Below, piece by piece: positions 62,480 through 64,000 of a stretch of 64,000 nucleotides of DNA. Position numbers and translations under genes: made by a program. Numbering within the stretch: position 1 is the first letter of the stretch; each line of letters starts with the position of its first letter. Origin of the DNA: Botryllus schlosseri (taxonomy: Eukaryota); NCBI GenBank assembly GCA_051294905.1, contig CM119371.1:25978001-26042000 (forward strand), read 5' to 3'. A model generated the notes under the pieces. The model was not told where the DNA came from. It made no database searches and saw only the letters and a list, made by a program, of their open reading frames with translations.

Positions 62480-63560
62480 CACTAAAAGGAAGCAGCTGCA
62501 TTGAAAACTAGACTGGAGTTTACGAAGCGAGAGGCTGAAATGAAAAAATGGCTTTCGAAATGGAAACTAAATGCAATGCAGAAATGAAACGATTGAAAAT
62601 GGAAAACGAAGCAAAGTTAAAGCAATGGTCTCCGGAGAATTAAATTGCTGAAAAACAAGCCGTTATGGAAGTTTGCGAGCAAATTGAAAGGATGGAAAAC
62701 CCCCTTGGTCTGGATGACGACAAGAAGATGTCGTACGTGATGAACCAAGTTCTACAGAAATTCGGAGTAGGTTCCCGTATTGAATTCAGAAGACAAGGTA
62801 TAAAACTTTGTTTGTATTAACTCACATGTTCATCCTGAAGTTAGGCAATGTAATATCAAATCTAGTGAACCCGTATCCTATCCTGATAAAACTCCTGTGC
62901 CAATAAACTATGTCTGTCATGTTGAACCGGAAGCAACCAGACGAAAAACGTTTGTAAAGATTCCCGCTTATCATTCTGTTGATATACCAATTGACCGTCA
63001 ATATAGCAAGAGACCGTGGACGCGAATACCTGTTATAAAAGTTTGGATTTTTGATGGCGACGAAACTAGTTATATGGAATGGGAAAATTCGTTTAAGGCG
63101 TTAGTTGATAGGGTGTACTGTATTCATGAAAAGATGAATTTGTTGAAACAACATCTTGGTCCAGGCCCGTTAAAAGTTGTGAAATGTTATCATTTGCGTG
63201 GTCAATCAAACAAAAACTGTATGTACCGATGCCATAATTGCCCACTGATCATAGCGTACTCGTGCCGGTCTGGGTTAATTCTAATTCAGATCCCACGAAG
63301 ATTACCATTTGTTACCCTGCATTGGACATTATGAGTAATCGTTCCTCTGTTACGGAAGAGATAAGGAATGAGCGTTGTCTGGATAGTCTATCCACACATG
63401 TCGAACTGCCTACAATGAGCGCAAATAATGCATGTCCTATGGAGATGAACCTTGAAGTTTCATCGTATGATAAGCAGAAGAGATTCGATGTAACACAAGC
63501 GTGAGATACCCGCCTTGAGTACACAGATTCCTGAAGCGTTCGCATGCAAAGAGTGGACAC
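62480..63560 (+). mobile_element. Decayed BEL/Pao LTR-retrotransposon internal fragment (gag and aspartic protease remnants)
   Basis: Coiled-coil-like gag start, then IPVIKVWIFDGDETSYMEWENSFKALVD...EKMNLLKQHL (Pao gag, DUF1759-like) and VPVWVNSNSDP...CYPALDIMSNRSSV (decayed LD(S/T)xS protease site). Frameshifts and stops; no LTR identified. Confidence 0.75.
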
Positions 63561-64000
63561 CAGAAGCTGCTTTATTCACCAATCGTTTCAACACTATGGA
63601 ACAGTTGCCTTCTAAAGCTATACCACCCCATTTGATCTCAGCCCCCTGCTGCCCAATGTAATAGCCGACGTCCCCCGATCGGCCATTTCATGGCCAGCGC
63701 CTCATTCACGATCGCGAACGCCCCCATGTTGGCGCTGCCGCCCACTTTGAGAACTACTGAGGTAATGGAAGTACGTGAACACTTCCTGGAGAATTTTTGA
63801 ATATAAGTGGCGATGGTCGGGTATTTCTCTTGTACGTGTTATGGCCAGTATCTCCATAATGCAGAATGAAAACAGGCTGGCATAATGACGTTGTATTGTG
63901 TGATCGCATTGCGTTTGTTTAATGTGACAATTGTTTCACAGCATTCCGAATATTCACGTTTATCGTACTTATGTATTGCGTAGATGGTGAGAGATATTAT

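Overview
AT-rich eukaryotic (animal, invertebrate-like; a tunicate or other marine invertebrate is only a guess) genomic DNA with spliceosomal introns. It is not prokaryotic: no operons, rRNA, intact tRNA or CRISPR were seen. Most ORFs in the supplied track are chance frames or transposon debris. Much of the window is hAT-type DNA transposons and MITEs with verifiable 8-bp TSDs, often nested (a five-level nest spans 54340-61250). There are also Merlin/MULE-like MITEs, a split tRNA-derived SINE, a 5'-truncated RTE-like LINE and a decayed BEL/Pao remnant. The main result, invisible to the ORF track because it is spliced, is a tandemly triplicated minus-strand cassette (about 39-62 kb). It holds two intact genes and one truncated copy for 54-aa precursors of small secreted four-cysteine peptides (C-x5-C-x9-C-x4-C) ending in Gly-stop, a likely amidation signal. 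The mature-peptide exon has diverged faster (54/91 nt identical) than the adjacent intron (about 46/61) and the signal exon (52/64), while all four Cys codons are unchanged. This is the pattern of rapidly evolving defence or toxin peptide families. A candidate multi-exon, Cys-rich single-pass membrane protein gene lies at about 15.35-17.9 kb on the minus strand.
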